Below are positions 51,617 through 64,000 of a stretch of 64,000 bases of DNA, piece by piece. The notes under the pieces were generated by a model, which did no database searches, was not told where the DNA came from, and saw only the letters and a program-made list of their open reading frames with translations. Source of the stretch: Octopus sinensis (taxonomy: Eukaryota); contig NW_021836139.1 in assembly GCF_006345805.1 (NCBI RefSeq), positions 1-64,000 on the forward strand, read 5' to 3'. How positions within the stretch are numbered: position 1 is the stretch's first letter; the number at the start of each line of letters is the position of its first letter. A program made the position numbers and the translations under genes.

Positions 51617-53774
51617 TAATGCAGTGACTACAGATCTAGACAATCAGATTTGTTCCGAAGCACATAAAAAGAGAGTAGTTCTGAAGAACTTGAGAGATTG
51701 ACAGGTAGACGGACTTAATATCAGACGTTTAGCAACGTGAGCAATAAAGTGTAACGGCAGAAAAAGTCTTGCACTTGGCAGAGTGTTCACATTTTTGACT
51801 GTCAAAATGCTGCATTGTAAAAAGAACCATCTACATTAAAGTAGCACGACCGCTGCTTTCATGCACATATTCTTGCTTCTCTCTTTACGTATATTCTACA
51901 ACTATGAGCATTCAAAAAGGAGAAATTACATACACAGAAGATAGAACTGAAAGTCGTCATGCGTCACAATAGGTGCTATCCCCTCTTAGTTGATGTTGAC
52001 AATTTAACACAAATGAAATTACGCTGGTAACCTTTTTCCATTGCAATGTAAACAGGAGGTTGGATAAATGAAAAGAGGAACGGTACATTTTCATTTCATT
52101 ATCCGTTTTATTGTTAATGGTTTGAAGGAAACGCGATAGTTCCGAGAAAAAGAAACTAACAGAAAATGTGTAGTAATTTTGTTGGGCAGCTATGAAGAAC
52201 TTGAGAGATTGACAGGTAGACGGACTTAATATCAGAAGCTTAACGATGTGAGATAAAAGCATGGGGAATAGAAATGGGCAAGAAAGTGGGTGTCAGCGGT
52301 CATAGTGTAGCTTTTGTTGCTTAAGTTGCAAATTCTTCATATTTGGCAAGTCTCACCAAATATATGAGGGCGAGTGTGTCTGTGTGTATTTGTGTATTCA
52401 TGGCTATGTTGAGGCTACCTTACTTGAGCTGTCGAGCTGAATTTAATTGCTAATCAATCCGAATTATAACCATAATAAGAAAAATTCTTATCATCAATTT
52501 CTATTTTATTCCACTCAAGAGTGAAATAAAGTAGAACAGAATTTCATTGACCAAAATTTAAATTGGATATTTGCAAAGGCGACTACATCTGATTTTTGGC
52601 AGCTCAAGTGACATGACATTTTTATATATGTTTTAGTTTTATTTTCTTTCCTTAGTGAAGAGCAGTCTACTGTCAGCCGTAAAGACATCCGAACGGTTAA
52701 GAGATAACCTCTTTTTTTTGTGTGTGTGTGTGAAATAAATTCAAACTTGAATAATTTAATGCTTGAGTGGTGCTTTATTTTTACAGTCCTGGAAAGATGA
52801 ATTGCAAGGTTGAACTTGGTGAGACTTGAACTCAGTATGCAAAGCATTTAACTGACACTCTAATAATTTCATTGATCCATCACTTCACCAATACGAATTT
52901 ATGTTTTCGATAGCTAAATACGACCAGCCCAATTCGAATAACGGATAGAATTCAAGAGGACTATTTATGTCATCTAGATAGTTTTTCTGATTCAAATTTT
53001 GTCCATATTTTATGCCTCAAGAAACAGTTAGTCTTATTAATATCATGGAAATAGTAAGATTCTATTGTGGTATTGTAAGTTTCTTGGCGAACGATTTGTT
53101 GTCTACTTTTAGACAGACGAATTTACATAAGCTTGAGAATATATCTAATTTTTTTTTATATACATTTTAGGCTGAGGCATTTGTGTGGACAGAGCATTCA
53201 CACTTCGTAACACGAACTTAGTCTTCTGGCATTCGAAAAACTCATTCTGTCGAACTACCATCCTGACAAGAACTATAATTACGAATATTTATCTACATTA
53301 ACCCTCATACCAGCCTATCAATATTATCCGACACGTTCACCAAGAAGCAACTTACGCATTAGTTTTCTAACGATACATTTACAGAATAACCTCAAGGGTT
53401 TTTTTTTTCCAGAATGGTAGCGTGTATTTTCCCCATACTTTCAACTTATCATCATTTATTGTTATTAGGTAATTTTCGTCTTCCACTTCGTCTAAAAGTT
53501 TTGAACGACTGGATTTGAGAGCTAAGAAACAGTTCTAAACTTTTTTATTATAGATTTTAAGTTTAAAGTTTCCCAATTTCTACCTTAAAACAGTATAACG
53601 GTGAGCATTAATTGCTAACTGTCGTCAAGTCATATATGCTTTGGTTGAAGAGCTTTGATCTTGCAATATCAAAAGAAGTTAAACAACTAATGGAGAAAAC
53701 ATCCTTAGTATGGAAACCAAACGAGAACAGTATATTCTAGTGCATTTAATTAAGTGTATAATTCCAGATTTCAA

Positions 53775-53998
53775 AAACCTCAGCAGATACTTCCATGCTT
53801 CCTGAGATTCAGCAAATACTTTCATGTTTCCTGAGATTCGCCAACACTACACCTGATTTTCTCCACACACACGCAAGCATGTATCTGACTCATACACTGT
53901 TCACTTCCCAGGCATTTGTACATTACTGCATATACTTTATACGCACTTTTGACAAGTTGTGGTGCACCTGAGCACTGTATACAATAATTTCATTATTA
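53775..53998 (+). mobile_element. CR1-type LINE extreme 3' end
   Basis: cttcctgagattcgccaacactacacctga..gacaagttgtggtgcacctgagcactgtatacaataatttcattatt matches the 3' end of the 20930-21500 copy. Confidence 0.88.
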
Positions 53999-56809
53999 TA
54001 ATATTTTTTTAATACGGCAGACATAGAAGGAAGTCAGTAGATACAATCAAAAGGGGACACAAACAAATAAAAATAAACAAGTAATGTGCTGGCGATAAGA
54101 GACGGAGACAGACAGAGAGAGATTTTAGTTTAGTTGCGAAAACAGCGCTCGATTAGTATGAGAAAGAACACTATCAGAAGACCCGCCAAGATGTGAAAAC
54201 GACATTCAACACAATAGCGACTAAAAGACTTATAAAAATGAAGAATACATTCGGAGTACCAACTTTCACAACAGCTTATTTCGTAATAGATCTACTATAA
54301 TCATTTTATGTAAGACATGTAGAAAAAGTTACACCTCAAAGATGAAGGCTAGAAAGGCATAGAAACAGAAATATCATTAGAGTTCCTGTAACGAATGATG
54401 GAAAGAAGTTCGATTTTTGCAAACCAGACACAAAACACCCATTCGGTCACCGAACGCCGATCAGGTTCATAAGGTCTGGCCATTCCTATCCAATCAAAAA
54501 CTTAGATTTTTCATTCAAGCAAGAACACAAAGAAATATCATCAGCAAAAATAGAGAGTGTAGAAATTATATCATTCAGAAGATTATAAATAAAAGCTAAA
54601 AACAAGTTGGACGATGAACAGGACCTCGAGGAACAGCAGATGAAGTAGAATAAGTAGAATAATGAAGACCACTTAAAACAGTTTTAATACAACGTTCGTC
54701 CAGAAGAGATTCTAGAATCCTATAGATCCTGCCGGAAATTATTATAAATCTCAAGCTTGTGAGTTTGTGGAGAGGCCAGAATATCAAACTTTGTCAAATG
54801 ATTTCGATATGACATGGGTTACAATACTTGTTTCATCGAAATTACCCATAGCCCGGTAGAACCACATTTATCGTTCACAGAAAATAAGCAGTAGAGTGAG
54901 AAGCTAACGGACTGCTATAATAAATCTCTGAACGAGGTATAAACAGTAGCTGCACGAAAATGTGAAGTATATTTGCCACTTAAATGTGGCTAACCACTAA
55001 GGGTGGATGCTACTGTAGCTTGTAGCCCTAGGAGAACATCTTCTCCAGCTGGCTATTGACACACTTTCTGTGCCCTGTCAATATTTGCAAAGGAAAGCCA
55101 TCCTTCCCATCGTCGACCTGACGTGATACACACGGACCCGGGTTTCTGAGTATTTACCCGTCGTCAGCGCACGACAATCACCGGTTTTCGATGCAAAGGG
55201 GTCCCAATGCAAATACATGTATCCTTTTTCCAGTGACAAAAAGTCACTGATCTCGAAAAAGTGTAACGGACTGCTGTTTGTCAGAAAACAGACCAAGCAA
55301 TTCAAGGTGCAAGATGAAAAATTGGTTGACGAATGGCTCAAAAATATTGCTAACTATAAGAAGGTAGATCGGGTAGTAGTTACGTGGATGAGAACGTTTG
55401 CTAGAACTTTGGAAAATAGGGATTACAGAGAACAATTAATAGCTGGTTAGAAGTATGTCACTGCTAAGTATCCGTTGAAGTGGTTAGACAAATTAGAAAA
55501 CGGTTCAGAAGAGCATTGTTGCAAAGCAGTGGCAGTGATTTTATTAGGACTACAAGACGTATCAGTATCAGAACTCACTATTAATTTAAGCAGATTTAGA
55601 AATTATATACTAGTCAAATAATTATGTCATAACTGCTAGTCATAGCAAGAAGGAAAGTATGGAAAAACATCAAATGAATCGAGACTAGAATGTCTGAGCA
55701 GTCTATTCCGATTTATAAGATAGTACGTCATAATGTCTGAAGATCGAAGGAATGGTAGATTTAGTCTTATTCAAATGCACAAATAGAAAATTTCCAAAAG
55801 TCCTGTGAGCCTGAATTCTGAGAAGTAATATAAGATTATATCTATTCTGTATATTAAGATATAACATTTGTAAGAAATTCCATTCTACTTTTCCTAGCCA
55901 ATGAGAAACAGGCGTTTATTTTCTAAAGAAGTGTTGACGATAACGTTAGAAAAATGGCTTCTTTAAACACTCGCAGAGGCAAAGTAAGAGAAAAATAGGG
56001 AAAGGTATATTACTTAACTAAATATCTGAAATAAAGAATGAAAGTTCAAAACGTAGCATGAATACATGATACTACCCCAGTTGTATGTACAGGAATGAGC
56101 AGAAAGAGAGATATTATCCCACAGAACATTACAAAAGAAATCCCAATCGCCTTGTTGAAAGTAATGAGTTACGATGAGATAGAAGGTCACTGCTTAGGGA
56201 AAAGTTGCAAGATATAGCCAGATAAAATGAAACGAGGTTATAGTTGAGAGGTGAAACACGCGAAGAGACAGAGCAAATGCTAGGATCAAACTGGCAGAAA
56301 TAATCAGGGAGGTAAGGAATATGGTTGTTATGATCTGGATAACGAGTAGGGATGTTGACTGAAAGAAAGAGAGAGAGAGAGATGGATACCAGCAGAATCA
56401 ATGATTATAAAAATGAGGTAGTTAACATCACAAAAATCAGTAAAGTTTGTTGAAAGACAAAAGCAAGCACCATCAATTTTGTAGGAAACAACATTACCAA
56501 AAATGCAGCCCTGAGGGAATTGAGCGTAATAAAGGAAGAAAAGATCAATGATAGAATATAGTAGGGCCAAATTGAAACACAAGAAGAAATAGTCAAAAGA
56601 CTCAAATCTAGATTCATGAGCAAATTCAAGATCAAAAGATTATTGCGAACGTAGACACAAAGATTATTCATTAGGAAAACAGAAATCTAATAAAAAGCTA
56701 TAAAACGTTTGTGTAGGGACCTCCTCAGAGAACTGAGAAAAAGTCTCTCGAAACACTGGTCCTTATTTCACATGTTTCTCTACGTACGTATGCGATTATA
56801 CCTATGTGT

Positions 56810-56848
56810 ATATGTATACATGCATGCATACATACATACATACATACA

Positions 56849-56930
<82 letters not shown>

Positions 56931-56990
56931 CCCTCTCTACTTCTCTTTCTCTCTCTCTGTGGATATGTGTACATACACACACACACACAC

Positions 56991-57056
<66 letters not shown>

Positions 57057-57100
57057 ATTATGTATATGTGTATGTATGTATACATGTGTGTGCGTACGCG
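56810..57100. repeat. Compound CATA/TA/CA microsatellite
   Basis: Direct inspection. Confidence 0.92.
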
Positions 57101-57769
57101 CAACAGTACAAATTAGCTAAGACATTAACATCACAACAACGAAGTCTTTTGTTCGATCATACAGTGTGGCATCTTGGGCAAATGTAATTTTTTATAGCCT
57201 CGGGTCGACCCACAACTGAGTGAAAATAGGCAAAAGCCTGTCGAGTGGCATGTACCTGTAATTCGAAAGGTAAGGCTTTATCATAGACTGTGTTGTACTT
57301 ATTCTGCTTGAAAATTACGTTAAAGGTACATGTTTCTCTACTTTTAACTGCATCCAGTTTCATTAACATTATTTCAGGAAGAGATTATTGAGTTGATAGA
57401 ACGACTGAATTCTCAAATTCTCATCAACGAACGATGGAGTTCCATATTAAATGCGTATATATATATATATAGATACAGACATACATTTGTGTGTGTGTAT
57501 AAATATATGTACATTAGGGATACAACTTTTTTGCAACTCCATAGTCCTGTATCATATTCTGATGAGCTTTTGATTGAAAACAATGAAAATCAATGTTTTT
57601 TTTTGTATTTGATCAAAAAGCTCACCCGTGACTAACTTTTAAATTTTTATACTCGGTTGCATTTGGGCGGATTTCCAAAAACTCTGGTTGAATAATAAAC
57701 AAAAAATGGGGGAAAAGATCCAAAATGTTTAATTCAAACAGTAAAAAGAAGGCAAGTCATATAAAGTCA

Positions 57770-59535
57770 AATTAGTCAAGTTGCGGCAGGTCATTAGAGA
57801 GAATGAAACGCAATGGCAGGTTGGCTTTGTTCTTGCATATGGCGTGTAGTTCTTGCTTGATCCTAATTGCTCATTCGCAGCATTGATTGCTCCTGCTGAT
57901 GTTTAGTTTTGATGACACCTGTTTTCAGTGATTTGTCAAGCATTTCGAACCAGTCTTGTAGAGTAGTAAGGTTTACGATAGCTTTGCTCTACGATATCTT
58001 CAGCTCTATACATTTGGTTACGGAACCAGTGGTCCGCCCAGTCATATGAGTTGTACTGGCAGACCATCTACAGTCTTTCTCTCACATGTGGCGTGAGGAA
58101 AAATGCAAGAAAGGTTAAGATTTTTCATGAAATTCATCTGGCATTAATAATGTTCGGAATTTTCTGAAACTTGATGAAAGGTAGGTCTCCGTCTTCATGG
58201 AATAACCTGAAGGTACGAGTTAAGTGGAACAGAAACTTCATATCATCTCTCCAGCCAGCTTGATCTTCAAAGACATGAGTTCCATTCTGGAAGGAGTCTT
58301 AGAGTTCTTTATAACTTGACATGAGTTCTTTGACAAAAAAATATTCAATGTTTGAGGAATTTCTTGCGCCTGCTAGCTCCTAATCCATAACAACGTGCAG
58401 GATTCTGTCTATGGCATGGTCTTAGCAGCTCACAAATTGCGGCTTGTCATAGCCTTTGCTCAAAAGGCATTCCCTGAAGTCTAACCACTACCCCACTCTT
58501 TCGTCCCGTATTCACACTCGTCGTATTAGCAATAATCATTGAAATTGCGCCCAACAAGAGAAATTCGTCCAAGATGTTTTTCAGCAATGGTCTCTTCTGC
58601 AATGGTCTCAGCCTTGCCATCACACACCTTCACAGCATCCAGCTTGATTTCACTTGTTTCATTCTTGATGACAACCACTTCTTGATATTCATTTCCGTCA
58701 ATATGTTAACCATCGAAATGTAGGCTGTGTTTCTGATTGCGTAGCGTATCAATCAAATGTTTCTTCATTCCACCAGCTTTTTTGAAGAGTGCTTTGTAAA
58801 TGCCTCGCTGACTAGGAGCTGGGATATCAATGCCCTCTTCCGACAACTGCTTTTAGATTTTCGCAACTTAGTTGGTAGAGACGTTTGTTCTAGTTACAAG
58901 TCTCGTACCAATTGCAGATTTTATTTTTTTGTGTCTTCTTGTGGAAGAATAAGTGCCATCACTATCACTATCATTTTGATCAACTCTATCATCTTCACCA
59001 TAATTGTACTCCTCCTCCTCCTCCTCTTCTTCTTCTTCTTCTTCTTCTCAGTCACTGTCAGTATCAAGGGCTGTTGGGTCTGATAAAGGCTTTAGCATCA
59101 GAAGGATGGACAGTCTGCTTGCTTGCAGCTTTTCCCCTCGAATAGTCCCCTTTGCCCTTACTTTGAAATTGGATGGAGTACAGCTTTTTGTCATCAGCAT
59201 TGAGTCATTCATCATGGACATTGGTGATATCGAACAATTCTTCTAATGGCACAAAGTTTCCTTTCTTGGCACTTTGTCATACAAATAAAGCTGATTTTGG
59301 GCTTGGACCATATTGTTTGCTCAGAAATGATTGGAAAATTCAGCTTTTCTCTCCACTGAAGTGTCACTTCACTTGATAATGCTACCGCTCTCTCCTTTCT
59401 TCCTTTAATTGATTTCCCAAGAAACTGGTACCAACCAACAATCTGCTCCTTGAGTGGCATTCGGTTTCTGCTTTTTCTACAGGCACATGAATGGGACTGC
59501 AACTGCAGCAAATTTCTCCTCCATTTCTCCTTTTC
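57770..59535 (-). pseudogene. Degraded DNA-transposon DDE transposase, hAT-like
   Basis: My minus-strand translation across stops and frameshifts gives PLKEQIVGWYQFL, LEELFDIT, an acidic tract, IDIPAPSQRGIYKAL, SLHFDG (about 58720), IIANTTSVNTGRKSGVVVRL (about 58527), FVSC*DH, GWRDDMKFL and IPNIINAR*. The D..DTT.xNTG..CxxH..RDD..ARW layout fits hAT-related transposases as I recall them. No TIRs found. Confidence 0.65.
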
Positions 59536-59539
59536 CTTC

Positions 59540-60474
59540 TGAAGACGAGTCTCATCCTGGAAGATCTGTAGAGCTCAACTAGGACGTCCTGCAAACTCTG
59601 GTGGAACAATATATCATCTGAACTTTTGAGGAACAAGCAGAGAAGCTTGGATTTAGTCATTCAATCATTCATCAACCCCTGTATGCCATCGGAAAAGTCA
59701 GAAAATTGGGTCAATGGGTTCCACACAAACTTTCGCAGCTTATTGCACACAGGAAGTGAATGTGTGCTCTTCTTTTGCTGTCACGTCTCACGAATGAACC
59801 TTTTTTGGACCGAATGGTGACTGGTAACAAGAAATGGGTTCCGTATAAAAATGTCAACCGCTGAAGACAGTAGGTAGAGAAGGGTGAAACACTGGTTACT
59901 CGGGCTAAAGATGGTCTTCACCCACGTGAGGTGTTGTTATCTCTTTGCTGGGATATGAAAGGTTTAATCCACTTTAAATTTTTAAACCCAAACCAAACGA
60001 TAGCAAAGGAGATCTACTGCAAGCAACTTGAGTGGCTTAAGTCAATGCTAGAAGAAAAACGACCATCTTTGATTTCAAAAGGAATGGTGTTCTTCCATCA
60101 GGATAATGCTCGGCCACATACAGCTAGGATAACATTCCAAAGGCTGGAGCAGTTGGAATGGGAAACAATAGCCCATCCACCATATTCGCCAGACATTGTC
60201 CCATCTGATAATCCTTTATTCCGCAGTCTTCAAAATCATTTGGACGGAAAACATATGAATTCTGTAGAAGAGGTCAGAATAGTACTGGAGGAGTATTTTT
60301 CGTCACGGACAAAGGATGTTTTGAAGAGAAGCCTTGCAAATCTGCCAGATAGATGTACGAGCATTGTAGAAAATGAAGGAGAGTATATTTTTGATTAAAG
60401 AAGGACTTTGTTTATCTTAATTTTGAAAAATAAAAGAAGTATTAAAAAAATGCATTATTTATAGGATGACCCCA
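59540..60474 (+). mobile_element. 5'-truncated mariner (DD34D) transposon
   Basis: EDESHPGRSVEL, LGQWVPHKLS, MVTGNKKW (first Asp mutated), FHQDNARPH, and HPPYSPDIVPSD with 34-residue spacing; ORF 59931-60398; TIR-like end attatttataggatgaccc. Confidence 0.92.
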
Positions 60475-62817
60475 GCATGATCGCAGCTTTCAAGCTGAAA
60501 CTATTAAAAGAGTTGTATATATATATTTGCACATGTGAGAGTGTCTGCATATCTATGTGTGTTGTGTATGACACCCAGACATAATCTCTAATACTTGATT
60601 ATATGTATATAGTTTATCGTTTCATTTGACCTAAACTTTAATATTCAGTAACTATGACAATAAAACTTCCAAACATATATTTTCGTCATGACTCTATCAT
60701 TAATAACTAAGCATAGCTAAAATGATTATAATGTAATTTTCAAGTGCTGTCCATATAACCATTCCAAATATAATAGCCAGAATAATGTCCTCATTATACA
60801 CACCTCAAATTCTCATAACTACCGATAAGATAATCAGACTAATCATCTAATATAAGACAGAAGCTAAATTTTCAAAAACCTTATAAAAATTCATAAATGA
60901 CATACGTCCTGCCTATAAATCAAAATTCATCAGTTTTAAAGCAACAATTTTCTGAGAACAATAGATTATTCTGCTTACCTAAATATCTCATTGTAGAGGT
61001 TAAATATTTAAAAAATAACACGCTATCGCTAATATAAAATACAAATTATGCTTACAGAGCTAAAGACTAGATGCAATGCCTATAATTATACCCCATTATA
61101 ACATATAAACAAATAGCTGCACGTATAGCAGTCTATTTAACAAGTTTGCTTTACAGCCATGTCATTCTGGTTTCAATCCCTCTGTGCAGCATCTTGGGTG
61201 AGTGTCTTCTACTATAGAATACAGTTGATCAATTTCTGAAAGCAAGGAATTTACAGAAGTTCCTTCTGTACACACACAGACATATATACTCCGCTCTGTC
61301 TTTCTGTCTCTCCTGCACTCTGTTGAGTTATTTTTAGATGTTGGCTCTTTGGTTACTGTCTCTACTGTGGCTACTACGTCATTCTTTTCATCTTTTTTGT
61401 TTCTTGTGCCTTTCTCAGTTTTCTGTAACCACTCCCTACCCAGATGCTAATACTGCACCACCAGTCAGATGTCTTTTCACAATTCTGTTGTCTTATCTTA
61501 TGTCCTCTAGTTTTTGATAATCGTCGAATGACTCAAATTTATTTTCCTCGGATTTACAACACACCACGTACAATCGTTTTCCTTATACACCTAAAGGTTC
61601 CATATATCTCTGCTATTTTGGGAGGATTTTTCTTGTTAACCTTTTGCAGTTGTTTTTGGTGTCATTTATGCCATTTTTGTTTCTTTCCATTGTATCTTTA
61701 GCAACTTTTAAAGAAGCTTATGGCACCACCTGATCAAGTAGGTCTGTTAGATAGTGTCAACACTGTACTGACATCCAGTTGATGGCTGACGAAGGGTGTG
61801 CTTTGTTTGTGTTCGTTTATTTTTCCTTATTTCATTTTTACGTTTCCCTGTACATTTTTTGTGCTATCATTCTTTTTCATAGCTGTATATGTGTGCGTGC
61901 TTGTGTGCATGTGTGTGTGTGTATGCATATATGTGTCTGTAGGGAAAATTGCTTATTATTACCCCATATAAGGTTATCAAATGTTTACTGATATTAAAAA
62001 AGCATCATCCCTAAATGATAACTGCAAACAATTTCTACTGTATGCATGTGACTGCGTACGATTATGTGTGTGTTTGTTTATATATATATATATATGTCTG
62101 TTTTTCTGTTTGTCTGGGTGTTGAGTTACATATCTTTAAGTTACTGAATCAATAAACAGAATTTGATAGAACAAGAACCAAAGTAAGATACGTACTGAGA
62201 GCAATATGACAGACTAAAGCGCCTTGTAGGTGTTCCTTTAATCCTGTGATTGCAACCAGTAAAAGAATATAAGAGTTGCATAAACATATAAATAGATAGA
62301 CCAATAAAAAAAATAGCACGTAAATATCTTTCTAAATTCTATCCATTCTCAACATATTCGCAGTTCATGAGCTACCTGTGTATTTTGATTTGAAGTCTAT
62401 CATGAAATATCTTCCTAATTATAAAACAGTAAGTGTTGTTGTTGTATCACATAGACTTAGAATATTTGAAGTTATCATATTACCACTGAGAATTTAAATT
62501 AAAGTCTATTATTTTTTTCTCTTTATTCATTGTTATTCAATCCATTGTTCTGTGTTGGCATATATTCTTTTGGAATTGTAAATATGCATCAAAATGAACA
62601 GCAGGGTACAAATCTTGTCGACGCAGCAACCGTTACTACATTACTTAGCATTTAGCATTTAAGAAGAACATGGACTAGAAACTGCATACGTTTATTTAAA
62701 ACCCAGCCCAATTAACTGCGTGTCTGTTAAACTTGTCATTGAAAGAGGTGGCATACTATAGGTAACTCTCTCAGCTTGCACCAACTAGTAGTACTCAAGC
62801 ATTCATCTACAGAACAG

Positions 62818-62851
<34 letters not shown>

Positions 62852-63511
62852 GTTTACCCATCCATCCATTCACCTATGTATGTATCTATACAAACATATA
62901 TATATGTATGTATGTATGTATTAATGAGTGAGAGAGAGATGAGGGTAGAGGGGAAGAGAGAGAGGAAGAGAGTAAATTTTGTTTATGTTTTCTTTTATAT
63001 GATCTCCCTGTAGTTTAACTCATTGACAACAAAATGATTTTATTTAATATGGCATATCTTTAAGCTTGATTCTCTTATAAGCACTGAAATTTAAAAAAAA
63101 TCTTTTATATTTCTTCTTTGTTATCATTTAGTAGAGTAATTACCTTCCTGTGTTCCAAAATTAGGTTTCAGTACAATATAATACTACCTTTGCTTTGCAC
63201 TTTAACTTCTGTTCCAACACTTGAACACGTTGTTATGTAATACAATACTGGAGCAAAACATTCATCTTACTATTAATCATTCAAATAGGAAACAAATTTC
63301 ATAATTATTCATAAGCTGATTGAATAGTTTAGAAAATATCATTTCTCACTGCATGCCATCATTCAATTTTTAATTATTTCTATTAATTCAGAGCACCCTC
63401 CTTTGTTTCAGCAAAAATTAATGTTTAGGATTTTGTTTGATATAGGTATGATTTTAGCTGATAATACTTTTGCTAACAACTTTAAGTCTATTCCCCTCTC
63501 TGACTTCTAAG

Positions 63512-63636
63512 TCTATGCTTTTCATGGAGAAGGTATTCTCAGTAAACTTTCCTATGCTATTATTGTCCCATTGTTATTGCCTCCTTTGCTTGGTGGATTA
63601 ACCTTCATCAGGCCTGGTTACACAGAAATGATGAAG
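63512..63636 (+). CDS. Candidate exon of a membrane protein: YAFHGEGILSKLSYAIIVPLLLPPLLGGLTFIRPGYTEMMK
   Basis: Acceptor ttcccctctctgacttctaag; 41 open codons with higher GC than the flanks; other five frames closed; donor gttact at 63637 or gtaata at 63643. Confidence 0.5.
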
Positions 63637-64000
63637 GTTACTGTAATAAGAAACTGCTAGATAAAATAATTACAGAAGCATAACAAATTTAAACATGATA
63701 CATTACAAGAATATATTTACATATACTCTATGGAGTTGTACACTGGAATGCTGAAATATTAAGTTATCAAAAGAAAGGTTTCAATGTAGTACATTACAAG
63801 TCAATTTTACATTCATTAATTACTTAACCTAGTTTGTACTTCTGAGAGCTTCTCTTTCTAATTCTCAGTAAGATAGGCTATGGATTGTAAACTATGATGT
63901 CCGGTTAATGGGGATAATATTATGTTGTAAAATTTGAAGCTGTATAATATAATCCAGGATTCCAGATTCCAGACATACTTAACTAGATTGGTACCGTTTC

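Noticed and set aside
61310-61700. ORF 61444-61701 (+) as a membrane-protein exon
   Set aside because: The hydrophobicity comes from T-rich composition, and the minus strand looks more like a decayed retroelement ORF; neither reading is supportable.

Overview
Eukaryotic, very AT-rich, repeat-dense genomic DNA. The mix of tRNA-derived SINEs, (GAT)n-tailed RTE-type retroposons, CR1 3' ends and very long TATG/GATA/AT microsatellites resembles an octopus (coleoid cephalopod) genome; this taxonomic call is inference from recalled repeat families, not a search. Most listed ORFs are microsatellite or repeat artefacts. Well-supported elements: a degraded RTE LINE; three CR1 3' ends; a 5'-truncated R4/Dong-type LINE with an unbroken 199-codon C-terminal ORF sitting between TAA repeats; Tc1/mariner relics of three types (DD34D, DD37D-like, DD41D); a degraded hAT-like transposase; a TA-flanked MITE; a TTAA-flanked piggyBac-like MITE; and dozens of SINE copies from several families. 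Between the repeats I found phase-compatible candidate exons of an unidentified minus-strand multi-exon gene (about 43 kb down to 20 kb) and a few hydrophobic plus-strand exon candidates (47.7 kb, 51.5 kb, 63.5 kb). I could not name any host gene. I found no rRNA, true tRNA gene, CRISPR array or prokaryotic system, and no convincing novel biological system. The best leads are the unnamed genes and several unusual retroposition structures.
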